From positions 1 to 26,866 of the forward strand of contig CAZGTS010000001.1 of assembly GCA_964528865.1 (NCBI GenBank): a stretch of DNA of 26,866 nucleotides. The letters are read 5' to 3'. Source of the stretch: Candidatus Woesearchaeota archaeon. GTDB taxonomy: Archaea > Nanobdellota > Nanobdellia > Pacearchaeales > GW2011-AR1. Each line of letters opens with the position of its first letter. Within the stretch, counting starts at the first letter, position 1. The translations under genes and the position numbers were made by a program. The notes below the pieces were generated by a model, which had not been told where the DNA came from, made no database searches, and saw nothing but the letters and a program-made list of their open reading frames with translations. Shown piece after piece: positions 1-7,992 of this stretch.

Positions 1-201
1 AGGGCCCTCTCTTGACTCCTTAAGATAGGTTTGTAAATAGCCTTCATTTTTCAATCTTCTAAGGATAGGATAAAGTGTTCCTTCGGTAATTGAAATATCT
101 TTTGAAATTTTGTACACCAATTCGTAACCATAATGGTCTTTCTTTTTCAATATTAAAAGGACGCAAATGTCGAGTACGCCCTTCTTGAATTGTGTATCCA
201 T
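1..201 (-). CDS. PadR-family winged-helix transcriptional regulator (3' end runs off the window; missing from the ORF track)
   Basis: Manual translation from ATG at 201: [67 protein letters not shown], with the PadR hallmarks YGYEL and [10 protein letters not shown]. Confidence 0.9.
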   Translation of the reverse strand, partial: MDTQFKKGVLDICVLLILKKKDHYGYELVYKISKDISITEGTLYPILRRLKNEGYLQTYLKESREGP

Positions 202-214
202 ATCTCATTTGTAA

Positions 215-238
215 GTATTACTTAGTATTCTGTAATAC
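215..238. promoter_or_regulatory. Inverted repeat, candidate PadR autoregulatory operator
   Basis: GTATTAC-N10-GTAATAC (215-221/232-238) between the padR start (201) and a minus-strand TATA-like TTTATATA (246-253). Confidence 0.45.
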
Positions 239-299
239 ATAGTAGTATATAAATGTTTCGTCCCAAAAATCATAAAAACCCTTTCTTCTTTTTCTTAAA

Positions 300-905
300 A
301 TGATTTCACGTGAAGAAGCAATTGAATTGTTAAAAAAATTTCCTCAGAAAGAATCTGATATGAACCATTATTTAGAGAGCGAAGCGATTATGCGCGGTCT
401 CGCGCAACATTTTAACGACGTCCTCGACGGACATGACTCTGGTGAGCCTAACGTAAATTATTGGGGAATGCTTGGCTTGTTGCATGATGTTGATTGGGCT
501 TTGACTCGTGATAACCCAAGTGAGCATTTAGGAAAAGCGCCTGAGATTTTAAAAGAAGCAGGATTTGATGAAGAATTTATTGAAATTGTTTTGTCTCATG
601 GTTATGGACATGATATTCTTCCTCAGTGGAAAGATAAAGAGAGAACAAAAAAAGTTGAACATTGTTTGGCTGCGGCAGAGACAATGACAGGGATTATTTA
701 TGCATATGCATTGATGAGAGGGAAAAGAATTTCAGATATGGAAGTTAAAGGTTTAAAAAAGAAATTCAAGGACAAGGCGTTTGCACAGAATTGTAACAGA
801 GAAATTATTCGGGAAATTGAAAAAACAGGTTTGGAGTTAAGTGAGTTTTTTCAAATTTCAATTGATGCACTGAAAAGTATAAAAGGGGAGATTGGTTTAG
901 AGTAA
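300..905 (+). CDS. HD/HDIG-domain metal-dependent phosphohydrolase
   Basis: N-terminal H (NHYLE), LLHDVD motif, distal SHG and conserved C-terminal KKKFKDKAFA segment of the small HDIG family. Confidence 0.85.
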   Translation: MISREEAIELLKKFPQKESDMNHYLESEAIMRGLAQHFNDVLDGHDSGEPNVNYWGMLGLLHDVDWALTRDNPSEHLGKAPEILKEAGFDEEFIEIVLSHGYGHDILPQWKDKERTKKVEHCLAAAETMTGIIYAYALMRGKRISDMEVKGLKKKFKDKAFAQNCNREIIREIEKTGLELSEFFQISIDALKSIKGEIGLE

Positions 906-906
906 A

Positions 907-1080
907 ATGATATCATTAAAATATTTACAAATGAAACCTGTAAAAGATTTCCTAAATACTCCTGAGAAAGTTAGAAAAGCAAGAAGAAGATTAGAAGAAG
1001 CAACAGAAGAAAGTTTTAGAAAATATGCAGAAGCAGGAAGAAGAGTGTATCATGAATCAAAAAATATTATTTTAAATTAA
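907..1080 (+). CDS. Small basic hypothetical protein, 57 aa (below the ORF-track cut-off)
   Basis: MISLKYLQMKPVKDFLNTPEKVRKARRRLEEATEESFRKYAEAGRRVYHESKNIILN; fills the gap exactly, 1 nt after the HD stop and 1 nt before the histone start. Confidence 0.65.
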   Translation: MISLKYLQMKPVKDFLNTPEKVRKARRRLEEATEESFRKYAEAGRRVYHESKNIILN

Positions 1081-1081
1081 A

Positions 1082-1267
1082 ATGGGATTAATTGTTAAAT
1101 CAAACATAAAAAAAGTTGTGCAGGAATTGGATAAAGAAAATGCAGTTTCTAGTGTTGCTGAGGAAGTTGGCATGGCTTTAGAAAGAAAAACAGAAGAGAT
1201 TTTGCGTGATGCGATAAAACGCGTGCAGGCAAATAAAAGGCGAACTTTGCAAGCGAGGGATATATAA
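1082..1267 (+). CDS. Archaeal histone-fold protein (short singlet, truncated helix 3)
   Basis: 61 aa; long amphipathic central helix followed by the L2 motif RRTLQARDI, equivalent to the canonical RKTxxxxD of histone folds. Confidence 0.8.
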   Translation: MGLIVKSNIKKVVQELDKENAVSSVAEEVGMALERKTEEILRDAIKRVQANKRRTLQARDI

Positions 1268-1857
1268 TGTTTTTGAAAAAAGGACAACTACCAATATTAA
1301 TTGTGAACTTAATTTTAATTCTTGTATTTGGAAGCATTGCAATTTCTAGAAAAAATTATGAATTTGTTGCATACATAGGAGTTATAATTTTTTTCTTTAT
1401 TTTGATATTAGCCACAAATAAAAAACATGATTTATCTAATGGAATATTATGGGGATTAACAACTTGGGCACTAATGCACATGGTTGGAGGATTAATTATT
1501 ATTAAAGAACAAGTTGTTTACAAACTCACATTAATTAATTTAATTGAAACTTCTAATTTTGTTATACTGAGATATGACCAATTTGTTCATCTTATTGGTT
1601 TTGGAGTTGCTACATTAATTGCATATAGTTTACTAAAACCTTACTTAAATAAAAAAGTTAATATGAAAGTCTTGTCTATTTTGATTGTGCTTCTTGGAAT
1701 GGGAGTCGGTGCGCTAAATGAAATAATCGAATTCTTTGCAGTTCTTGCACTTCCTGAAACAGGTGTCGGAGGATATTATAACACAATGTTTGATATGGTG
1801 TTTAATACTCTTGGAGCAATTCTTGCAGTTATTTGGATAAATATTAAAAAAGATTAA
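1267..1857 (+). CDS. Integral membrane protein, DUF2238/YjdF-like
   Basis: About 6 hydrophobic segments with YDQFVH, GALNEIIEF and DMVFNTLGA motifs; ATG overlaps the histone stop. Confidence 0.65.
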   Translation: MFLKKGQLPILIVNLILILVFGSIAISRKNYEFVAYIGVIIFFFILILATNKKHDLSNGILWGLTTWALMHMVGGLIIIKEQVVYKLTLINLIETSNFVILRYDQFVHLIGFGVATLIAYSLLKPYLNKKVNMKVLSILIVLLGMGVGALNEIIEFFAVLALPETGVGGYYNTMFDMVFNTLGAILAVIWINIKKD

Positions 1858-1881
1858 ATAGTTCTGATAATTAGTTTTTTA

Positions 1882-2424
1882 ATGAAGAGTGTGAAAAAAG
1901 AAAATAAAGAAAAAATTATGGAGATGATTAAGAAAGCAGGGGATGAAGAATATAAGACTGAGTGGGATGCTGAAGGGAGTATAGGAAAGCAAAAGAAAAA
2001 GTCTGAAATGAAAAAGGGAAAGAAGTCAAAGGGACAAGGAGCGAGGTTTGAGTTAAAGGTTAGGGAAGATTTAGAAGAAAAAGAATGGATTGTGGATAAG
2101 TGGACTAATAATGTTGGTTTGGAAGAAAACAAGCTTGTAAAGGCAAAAAGAAAATATAATCCTTTCAGAAAGATGCTAATTGTTGGAACAGGTTTTCCTG
2201 ATTTTATCTCAATTAAACATGTTCATGGAGAAATGTATAGTGTTATTGGAGTAGAAGTTAAAATGAACGGAACTCTTTCAAAAATAGAAAAGCAAAAATG
2301 TGCTTGGTATTTACAAAATAAAATTTTCTCTCAGATTTGGATTGCAAGGAAAGGAATCAAACGTGGGCAAATTAAATATGTGGATTTCAAAGAGAAGTAT
2401 AGAGACAAGTATAATAAAACTTAA
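1882..2424 (+). CDS. PD-(D/E)XK nuclease, Holliday-junction resolvase Hjc-like
   Basis: KGQGARFE (Hjc-like G..xE start), GFPDFI and VEVK catalytic motifs; ATTAAATA 29 nt upstream. Confidence 0.65.
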   Translation: MKSVKKENKEKIMEMIKKAGDEEYKTEWDAEGSIGKQKKKSEMKKGKKSKGQGARFELKVREDLEEKEWIVDKWTNNVGLEENKLVKAKRKYNPFRKMLIVGTGFPDFISIKHVHGEMYSVIGVEVKMNGTLSKIEKQKCAWYLQNKIFSQIWIARKGIKRGQIKYVDFKEKYRDKYNKT

Positions 2425-2448
2425 ATATCCTTTTTCTCTTTATTAATT

Positions 2449-2691
2449 ATGACAACTCCTCAAGAAATGAAAAGGAAGGTAAAAGAACATGAAGAAGCAT
2501 TAAGGAAAAATCCTCTTTTAGCAAAAGGGTTAGGAAATCTTATTGAAGAACAAATCATATTGATTTTAAAAAATTCAGGAGTAACGCAAATTAATGTTCC
2601 TACAGATGAAGAATATCTTTTAATAAAAAAAGAATTAGGCAGAAGAGAAGGGAAATATACAAGAAGACCTCTTTCTGAAACAAGATATTAA
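2449..2691 (+). CDS. Hypothetical protein, 80 aa
   Basis: Own TATA-like CTTAAATA at 2420-2427, 29 nt before the ATG; codon style matches neighbours. Confidence 0.65.
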   Translation: MTTPQEMKRKVKEHEEALRKNPLLAKGLGNLIEEQIILILKNSGVTQINVPTDEEYLLIKKELGRREGKYTRRPLSETRY

Positions 2692-2753
2692 ATAAATTAC
2701 TCTCTAAAACATATCACAATAAAACTTAAAATCATTAATTTCTTCTACATTTT

Positions 2754-3293
2754 ATGAAGTATTTACTTGGAATATTTTTTATCCTGGTGATTTCACAAGT
2801 TTGTGCTGTTTGCGAAAGTGGACAAATTGATATTAATTCTGCTTCTTTAACAAAATTGGATGAATTGGGAGGGATAGGACCTGTGAAAGCGCAGGCGATA
2901 ATTGATACACGGCCTTTTGATTCTGTGGAAGATTTGATTGATGTTTATGGAATTGGGAAAATTACTTTAGAAAAAATAAAAGACCAGGGCTTGGCATGTG
3001 TTAATAATGAAAAAGATGAGCCAGAAGAATTAGAACAAGTAGACTTTGTAAAAGAAGTTCCTTCTTATTTGGAAAAAACAGAACCTTTAATTCCTCAGAT
3101 TGTTGAAACTAAAAAAGAAGACAAACCAGAAATTATAACTTTAAATTCCCAAACAAAAGATATAAAAAGTGACGATACCAAAAAAAAATTAGACAAGAGC
3201 GATTGGGCAAAGTATGGATTTATTGGTTTTTGTGTTTTGCTTGGGTTTTTGTTTATTTTAAAAAAGCGAAAAGCTCACAGCGAATTTGATTAA
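2754..3293 (+). CDS. ComEA-like helix-hairpin-helix DNA-binding protein, signal peptide and C-terminal TM anchor
   Basis: IDINSAS..LDELGGIGPVKAQAII...RPFDSVEDLIDVYGIGKITLEKIK is the ComEA HhH_3 signature; hydrophobic N-terminus and C-terminal TM followed by KKRK. Confidence 0.85.
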   Translation: MKYLLGIFFILVISQVCAVCESGQIDINSASLTKLDELGGIGPVKAQAIIDTRPFDSVEDLIDVYGIGKITLEKIKDQGLACVNNEKDEPEELEQVDFVKEVPSYLEKTEPLIPQIVETKKEDKPEIITLNSQTKDIKSDDTKKKLDKSDWAKYGFIGFCVLLGFLFILKKRKAHSEFD

Positions 3294-3294
3294 A

Positions 3295-3729
3295 ATGGAA
3301 ACAAAAAAAATTATAGCAGTAATGATTTTAGAAATTATTGGGAAGCCTGCAGAACATTTAGTAAAAACTCTGGAACAAATAATTAAGGATATGGGCGAGG
3401 AAAAAGGCGTTAAGATAATCAGTAAAAAAATCAGTGAACCTGCAGAGTTGAAAGATAGGAAAGATTTTTTTACAGCTTTTGCAGAAATTGAGATTGAGAT
3501 TGAAGAAGCATTACAACTTGCAATTTTAATGTTCAAGTATATGCCTGCACATGTTGAGGTTGTTTCTCCTGAATCGCTTGTTTTAAAAAACAACGAATAC
3601 GGGGATATTCTCAGTGAACTCACAAGACGGCTCCACAAGTATGATGAAGTGGTAAGAGTCGTTCAAATGGAAAAAGATATTCTGGAGAAAAAGTTAAAGA
3701 GTATTTTAGAGAAAAAAGAAGATAAGTGA
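3295..3729 (+). CDS. Hypothetical protein with C-terminal coiled coil (start revised from TTG 3286 to ATG 3295)
   Basis: ATG lies 1 nt after the ComEA stop; alternating beta/alpha pattern then a charged heptad-rich tail. Confidence 0.75.
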   Translation: METKKIIAVMILEIIGKPAEHLVKTLEQIIKDMGEEKGVKIISKKISEPAELKDRKDFFTAFAEIEIEIEEALQLAILMFKYMPAHVEVVSPESLVLKNNEYGDILSELTRRLHKYDEVVRVVQMEKDILEKKLKSILEKKEDK

Positions 3730-5094
3730 TTATTTTTTACCCTTAGCAATATCTAATAAGTTTGCGGGTTTTTTTGCACCTTTATATTTTGTTTTAAAAA
3801 ACCAAATTAAAAAAACAACAACGATTCCAACTATTGCCCAGCCAATTATTTTTCCTGATGAACTTGTTTCACTTCCCTTGCATATTCCTAAACAGCACTT
3901 GTTGTCTTTTGCATAAACATAATCTGTGTCACATTCTTCATCTAAAGAACAAACCTTTCCATTTAATTCTGTACAGGTTTTGGTTTGATCACTAGAAGTA
4001 TATTCATATTCATCAATAGAAACATAATCTTTAATTATATTCAAAAAAATTGAAGAAGATTTTGAAATGTCCTTTTCTTTTGCAATTAGTTTTCCCTCAA
4101 CTTCAATATCTTTATTAAATGAATAAAATTCTAATTCAATTTTCACACTGGAATTTGGTTTTAATTCGTCAATTTTATCTGTTAAAAGAGTAATGTAATT
4201 TTTTAATTCTCCTGATATTGTTAGTACAATATTTTCTATTGTTTCATTTCCTGTATTGTAAAAATAAATTTCCCTTAAAGTGTATGAATTTGTTGGCATA
4301 ATAATTTCTAATTCTGATTGTTCAAAGTTGAAACTTTTTTGCTCATCTATCTCTCTGCAACAAGTAGAAAAAAAACCGCAGTCTAATTTTCCCAAATCTT
4401 GTGAATTTTCATCACAAGAACTTTGGCATGTTCCAACATTTTCGCAAACAGTCTCTTCTGTGATATCTTGGATTACCAAATCTTCTACTCCAAAAATATA
4501 AATAGGAATTTCATATTCTATATTAGCTGTGCTTAATTCTATTATTTCAAATGTTGAATTTATATTTGCAACAGAAAAATAAATCTTTTTTGTTTCTCCT
4601 GTTCCTAAATTTATTGGCTCTACAGTTTCCAAATTAATAGAAGATGTAACAACATCAATAATTATTTCAGAGTCTTGAAAGTTTTCTACTTCAATAAAAA
4701 AGTTTTCATTAGTAAAGACAAATCCCGGCTTTATTGAAAACTCTACGGGGTCATTTGATATTGAGAAATTTTTTGTTAAGTCTTCTTTAATGGTCAAACC
4801 ACCTTCTATATACTCAACATCTTTTATGACAATTGAATAATTATTTTGTGGTTTTCCAAATAATTGTGCATAAATATAAAAGTCATTATTTATCTTTGTT
4901 ACAAAAGGCGACATTGGTTCTCTGACATGTCCCTCATAGAAGAAAATATTTTCTTTTATAATTGACTTGAAAAAATTTCCCGAGACCTTTGCCATAAATG
5001 TTTCTCCTTGGTCAAATTCTGTTTTCATTTCCATAGAAACTGCAGAGAGAACTGGTAAGAATAATATTAATAAAATAATAACACTTCTTTTCAT
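3730..5094 (-). CDS. Type I membrane surface protein with beta-rich (Ig-like) segments and six-Cys modules
   Basis: Signal peptide MKRSVIILLILFLPVLSA, Cys modules, C-terminal TM IIGWAIVGIVVVFLIWFF plus basic tail; TATA-like TTTATTAA 29 nt upstream. Confidence 0.8.
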   Translation of the reverse strand: MKRSVIILLILFLPVLSAVSMEMKTEFDQGETFMAKVSGNFFKSIIKENIFFYEGHVREPMSPFVTKINNDFYIYAQLFGKPQNNYSIVIKDVEYIEGGLTIKEDLTKNFSISNDPVEFSIKPGFVFTNENFFIEVENFQDSEIIIDVVTSSINLETVEPINLGTGETKKIYFSVANINSTFEIIELSTANIEYEIPIYIFGVEDLVIQDITEETVCENVGTCQSSCDENSQDLGKLDCGFFSTCCREIDEQKSFNFEQSELEIIMPTNSYTLREIYFYNTGNETIENIVLTISGELKNYITLLTDKIDELKPNSSVKIELEFYSFNKDIEVEGKLIAKEKDISKSSSIFLNIIKDYVSIDEYEYTSSDQTKTCTELNGKVCSLDEECDTDYVYAKDNKCCLGICKGSETSSSGKIIGWAIVGIVVVFLIWFFKTKYKGAKKPANLLDIAKGKK

Positions 5095-5158
5095 AATTGA
5101 TTTAAGAGAAAAGGGTTAATAAATTTAATTATATAATTGGGGATCATTTTTTGTTTTG

Positions 5159-5317
5159 TTATAATGTCTTCTCTTGAATCATTATTGTTTCTTCAAAGTC
5201 AGGATCTACAATTTTTGTAATCCTATGTGCTTCTTCCATTGGAGAAATTCCTTGTTCTCTAAACTGTTCTCTTCTAAGATAAATATTTGCCTTTCTCATA
5301 CTAATATTAATTACCAT
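5159..5317 (-). CDS. Small hypothetical protein, 52 aa (below the ORF-track cut-off)
   Basis: MVINISMRKANIYLRREQFREQGISPMEEAHRITKIVDPDFEETIMIQEKTL; ATG 1 nt downstream of the 5319 stop. Confidence 0.5.
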   Translation of the reverse strand: MVINISMRKANIYLRREQFREQGISPMEEAHRITKIVDPDFEETIMIQEKTL

Positions 5318-5318
5318 T

Positions 5319-7160
5319 TTATTTCCCAATATCTTTTAACTTTTTAAGAACATCATCTAATTCTGATTTTGGTCTTTTTGTAGGGGTTGGTCTTGTTATA
5401 TGTGTTGGTCTTGATTGTAAAGGTCTTCTTCTAGAAGGAGAAATCATTCTATGAATAGGTCTTCTCAGAGAGGGCCTTGTTAAAGGATGTCCTGAAGGTG
5501 TTTTTGGTTTTCTTTTGAATTTAGATTTTATCCTTAACCAAAAAGGCCTTAATTTATCTCTGAAAATTATTCCCATAACAACCAAAACAATTAAGATTAA
5601 TAATACCCAAATCCACCAATAACTTTTAGGTTCTTCAGTAGTTCCTCCACCGCTTCCAGATGTATCGTCTTCACAGCAAACTTCTCCAGGATAATCACAT
5701 TCGTCTGAATTTTTTTCTTCACTACTTAAACAAGAATCTCTACATGTTCCTCCATCTTCTTCACATTCTGATTGAGGAACCTCTGTTGATTCACAATCTC
5801 CAATACAACAATCATAAGTATCAAATGTTTCAATATTTGAAATACTACATATTTCATCTGAGTCACAGATTTCTCCACCAATTTCCTCGCAAGTTTGTGA
5901 AGTAGGGCTTGTGTCACAGCATATTTTTGATCCAGAACAACTAAACTCATAAGCACTTAATTCACTTCCTCCAATATCTGAACAACTTGTTTCAAAAATA
6001 CAATAACCATCTACATCTTCACAGTTAAGAGAGTCTGTTCCTCCACCCCCTCCATTTCCTCCCCCAAGATCTTTTGGCCAAATAGAATACAAAATAAATG
6101 CAGTGTTTCCAATATTTCCCTGCCAGCACCCTTCAGCATCCTGAACATCTAAAAGCCAGTTCTTAGAGTTTGTTTTTTCTATTGGATTTTCATCTTGAAA
6201 AGGAAGCAATGCCAAAGCAGTGTCATAATATTTGTCTCCTGAAGCAGACCACCACATACTACCTTGTTGTTTTGATAATAATATTGTGCGGAAATTTGTA
6301 TCTGAAGGTTCTATTAAATACAAAAATGCTTCAGGGATGTATTGTGGATTGTCTTCTGCCATTGTAACTAAATAAGGTTTGTAAAAAGAAATATCTTCAT
6401 CTAAATAATTTAATACAAATGCTGCCCACAGGCTTCCTTCATAGTCACAAGTATTTCCTTGTTTGAAGCAGGAGAAATCAACTTTCTCTGTTGTTATTCC
6501 GTCAGCAGATGCAGAAGAAGTTTTATCTGAAACATATAATATTGGAGAGTCTGATTTTTTATATAATAATGTTGTAAGAAATGATTGGTCGCATGAAATA
6601 GAGAATTCTTTATTATAACAAGAGGGATTAACTTCTAAAAAATAATCTTCATAAGGGGTTTCAGACAAACTTAAACAAGTACTTCCAGATATAGAACTTA
6701 TTTTTTTATCAAGTCCGATAGTTATAGAATTTGATGAACTAATAGATGTTATTGTACAAGAATAAGGTTCAGATATTGTTTGAGTGTTTTCAATTTCCAA
6801 GTACCATTCAATACCTAAAGGGATTGTATTTTGTGACAATAACCATCTTGTTGCGTTGCTTACATTAACATTCATATTATCCAAAGCTAAAACTGCCTGA
6901 GAAGTTGTTTTTAGATTGCATGAAGATGAAGGCCAACATTCATTATTTGCTGAATTAGAAATAACTTCATCTTTACATTCTTCAATTGCTAACAAAGAAA
7001 AGATTTTTTCTTCGGAAGAAAGAGAATTACAATTTCCTACCACTTTATTTTCAAGACAAGTATATGCAACATTTATTTTATCATCAACTTCATCTGCAAT
7101 TATCAAAGGAATAAATATTAAAGAGATAATTAAAATGCTTAGTAATACACTTCTTTTCAT
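5319..7160 (-). CDS. Membrane-anchored surface protein with prenyltransferase/squalene-cyclase-like alpha/alpha repeats, Cys-rich modules and Arg/Pro-rich cytoplasmic tail
   Basis: Signal peptide; repeats such as TSQAVLAL..ATRWLLSQN and DTALALL..KNWLLDVQDAEGCW (QW-repeat like); three to four Cys modules; TM WWIWVLLILIVLVVMGIIF; TTTATAAA 29 nt upstream. Confidence 0.7.
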   Translation of the reverse strand: MKRSVLLSILIISLIFIPLIIADEVDDKINVAYTCLENKVVGNCNSLSSEEKIFSLLAIEECKDEVISNSANNECWPSSSCNLKTTSQAVLALDNMNVNVSNATRWLLSQNTIPLGIEWYLEIENTQTISEPYSCTITSISSSNSITIGLDKKISSISGSTCLSLSETPYEDYFLEVNPSCYNKEFSISCDQSFLTTLLYKKSDSPILYVSDKTSSASADGITTEKVDFSCFKQGNTCDYEGSLWAAFVLNYLDEDISFYKPYLVTMAEDNPQYIPEAFLYLIEPSDTNFRTILLSKQQGSMWWSASGDKYYDTALALLPFQDENPIEKTNSKNWLLDVQDAEGCWQGNIGNTAFILYSIWPKDLGGGNGGGGGTDSLNCEDVDGYCIFETSCSDIGGSELSAYEFSCSGSKICCDTSPTSQTCEEIGGEICDSDEICSISNIETFDTYDCCIGDCESTEVPQSECEEDGGTCRDSCLSSEEKNSDECDYPGEVCCEDDTSGSGGGTTEEPKSYWWIWVLLILIVLVVMGIIFRDKLRPFWLRIKSKFKRKPKTPSGHPLTRPSLRRPIHRMISPSRRRPLQSRPTHITRPTPTKRPKSELDDVLKKLKDIGK

Positions 7161-7285
7161 AATTGAATTAGTTAATTGTTGTTTATAAATATTTTGAGAA
7201 ACTATCTTAAAGGTTATTTTTAGAAATATTTAATGAAAAAATTTTAAGTAACGAAAGACTTAAATAATAATAGAAATTAAAGATA

Positions 7286-7362
7286 TTAAGGTAACAGGTA
7301 TTGCCTTAAGTCTTCGGACATACCGCTATGTATCCCAGCTGTGTTGAACACTGGGAATTTTT
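7286..7362 (+). ncRNA. Structured 5' leader / candidate small RNA upstream of the NYN gene
   Basis: ~48% GC island in AT-rich DNA; stem TTAAGGTAA/TTGCCTTAA (7286-7309), GTC-TTCG-GAC tetraloop (7310-7319), TCCCAG/CTGGGA stem (7333-7356) followed by AATTTTT; TATA CTTAAATA at 7259-7266 predicts a start near 7288. Confidence 0.55.
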
Positions 7363-7365
7363 AAA

Positions 7366-7992
7366 ATGGTAAAAAGTAACATCAAAGATGTTTCATGTTT
7401 TCCTCATTCTTCAGAAAAAAGAGTTTCTATTTATATTGATGGTGCTAATTTTTATGGCGGGCTAACTTCACTTAATAAAAATTTTAGTGATTTGAATTTT
7501 GATTTTGAAAATTATATAAGATATTTATGTAAGCAAAATAAAGTAGTTAAAATATATTATTATAATGCTCATGTAAAAAAGAAGATAAACGATAAAATAT
7601 GGGCTAAACAAAAAAAGCTATTTGATAGATTGCACAAAATTCCTAAATGCAAGGTTAGTTTATGCACAAGAAAATCTCGTTTGAATATTTTAGGAGAAGA
7701 ATATCACACGATTAAGGGAGATGATATTTATTTAGCTTTAGATATGATTGAAGATTGTTATAATAATAAATATGATAAGGTAATTTTATTTTCGGGAGAT
7801 GGAGATTTTACAGAATTATTAAAACGAGTTAAGAAAAAAGAAAAAGAAGTTGAGGTCTGTTATTTTAGAAATTGCTCCTCAAAAGTTTTATTGAATCAAG
7901 CAAATAAAATTCATTTGATTAATAAGAAAATTACAAATAAGTTTTTTTATAGGGTAAAGAAAGTTAAGGAAAACTTTCTAATATCTCTTTAA
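7366..7992 (+). CDS. NYN-domain (LabA/DUF88, PIN-like) ribonuclease
   Basis: IYIDGANFY, KGDDIYLALDM and LFSGDGDF acidic motifs; 3' end overlaps the convergent lipase gene by 29 nt. Confidence 0.9.
   Translation: MVKSNIKDVSCFPHSSEKRVSIYIDGANFYGGLTSLNKNFSDLNFDFENYIRYLCKQNKVVKIYYYNAHVKKKINDKIWAKQKKLFDRLHKIPKCKVSLCTRKSRLNILGEEYHTIKGDDIYLALDMIEDCYNNKYDKVILFSGDGDFTELLKRVKKKEKEVEVCYFRNCSSKVLLNQANKIHLINKKITNKFFYRVKKVKENFLISL

Noticed and set aside
1882-2424. Definitive hjc assignment
   Set aside because: Catalytic motifs fit, but the long basic N-terminal extension and the insertion before PD make another PD-(D/E)XK family possible; no symbol given.
5319-7160. True squalene-hopene cyclase or alpha-2-macroglobulin thioester protein
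   Set aside because: No DxDD catalytic motif or CGEQ thioester motif is visible; only a repeat-level resemblance is supported.
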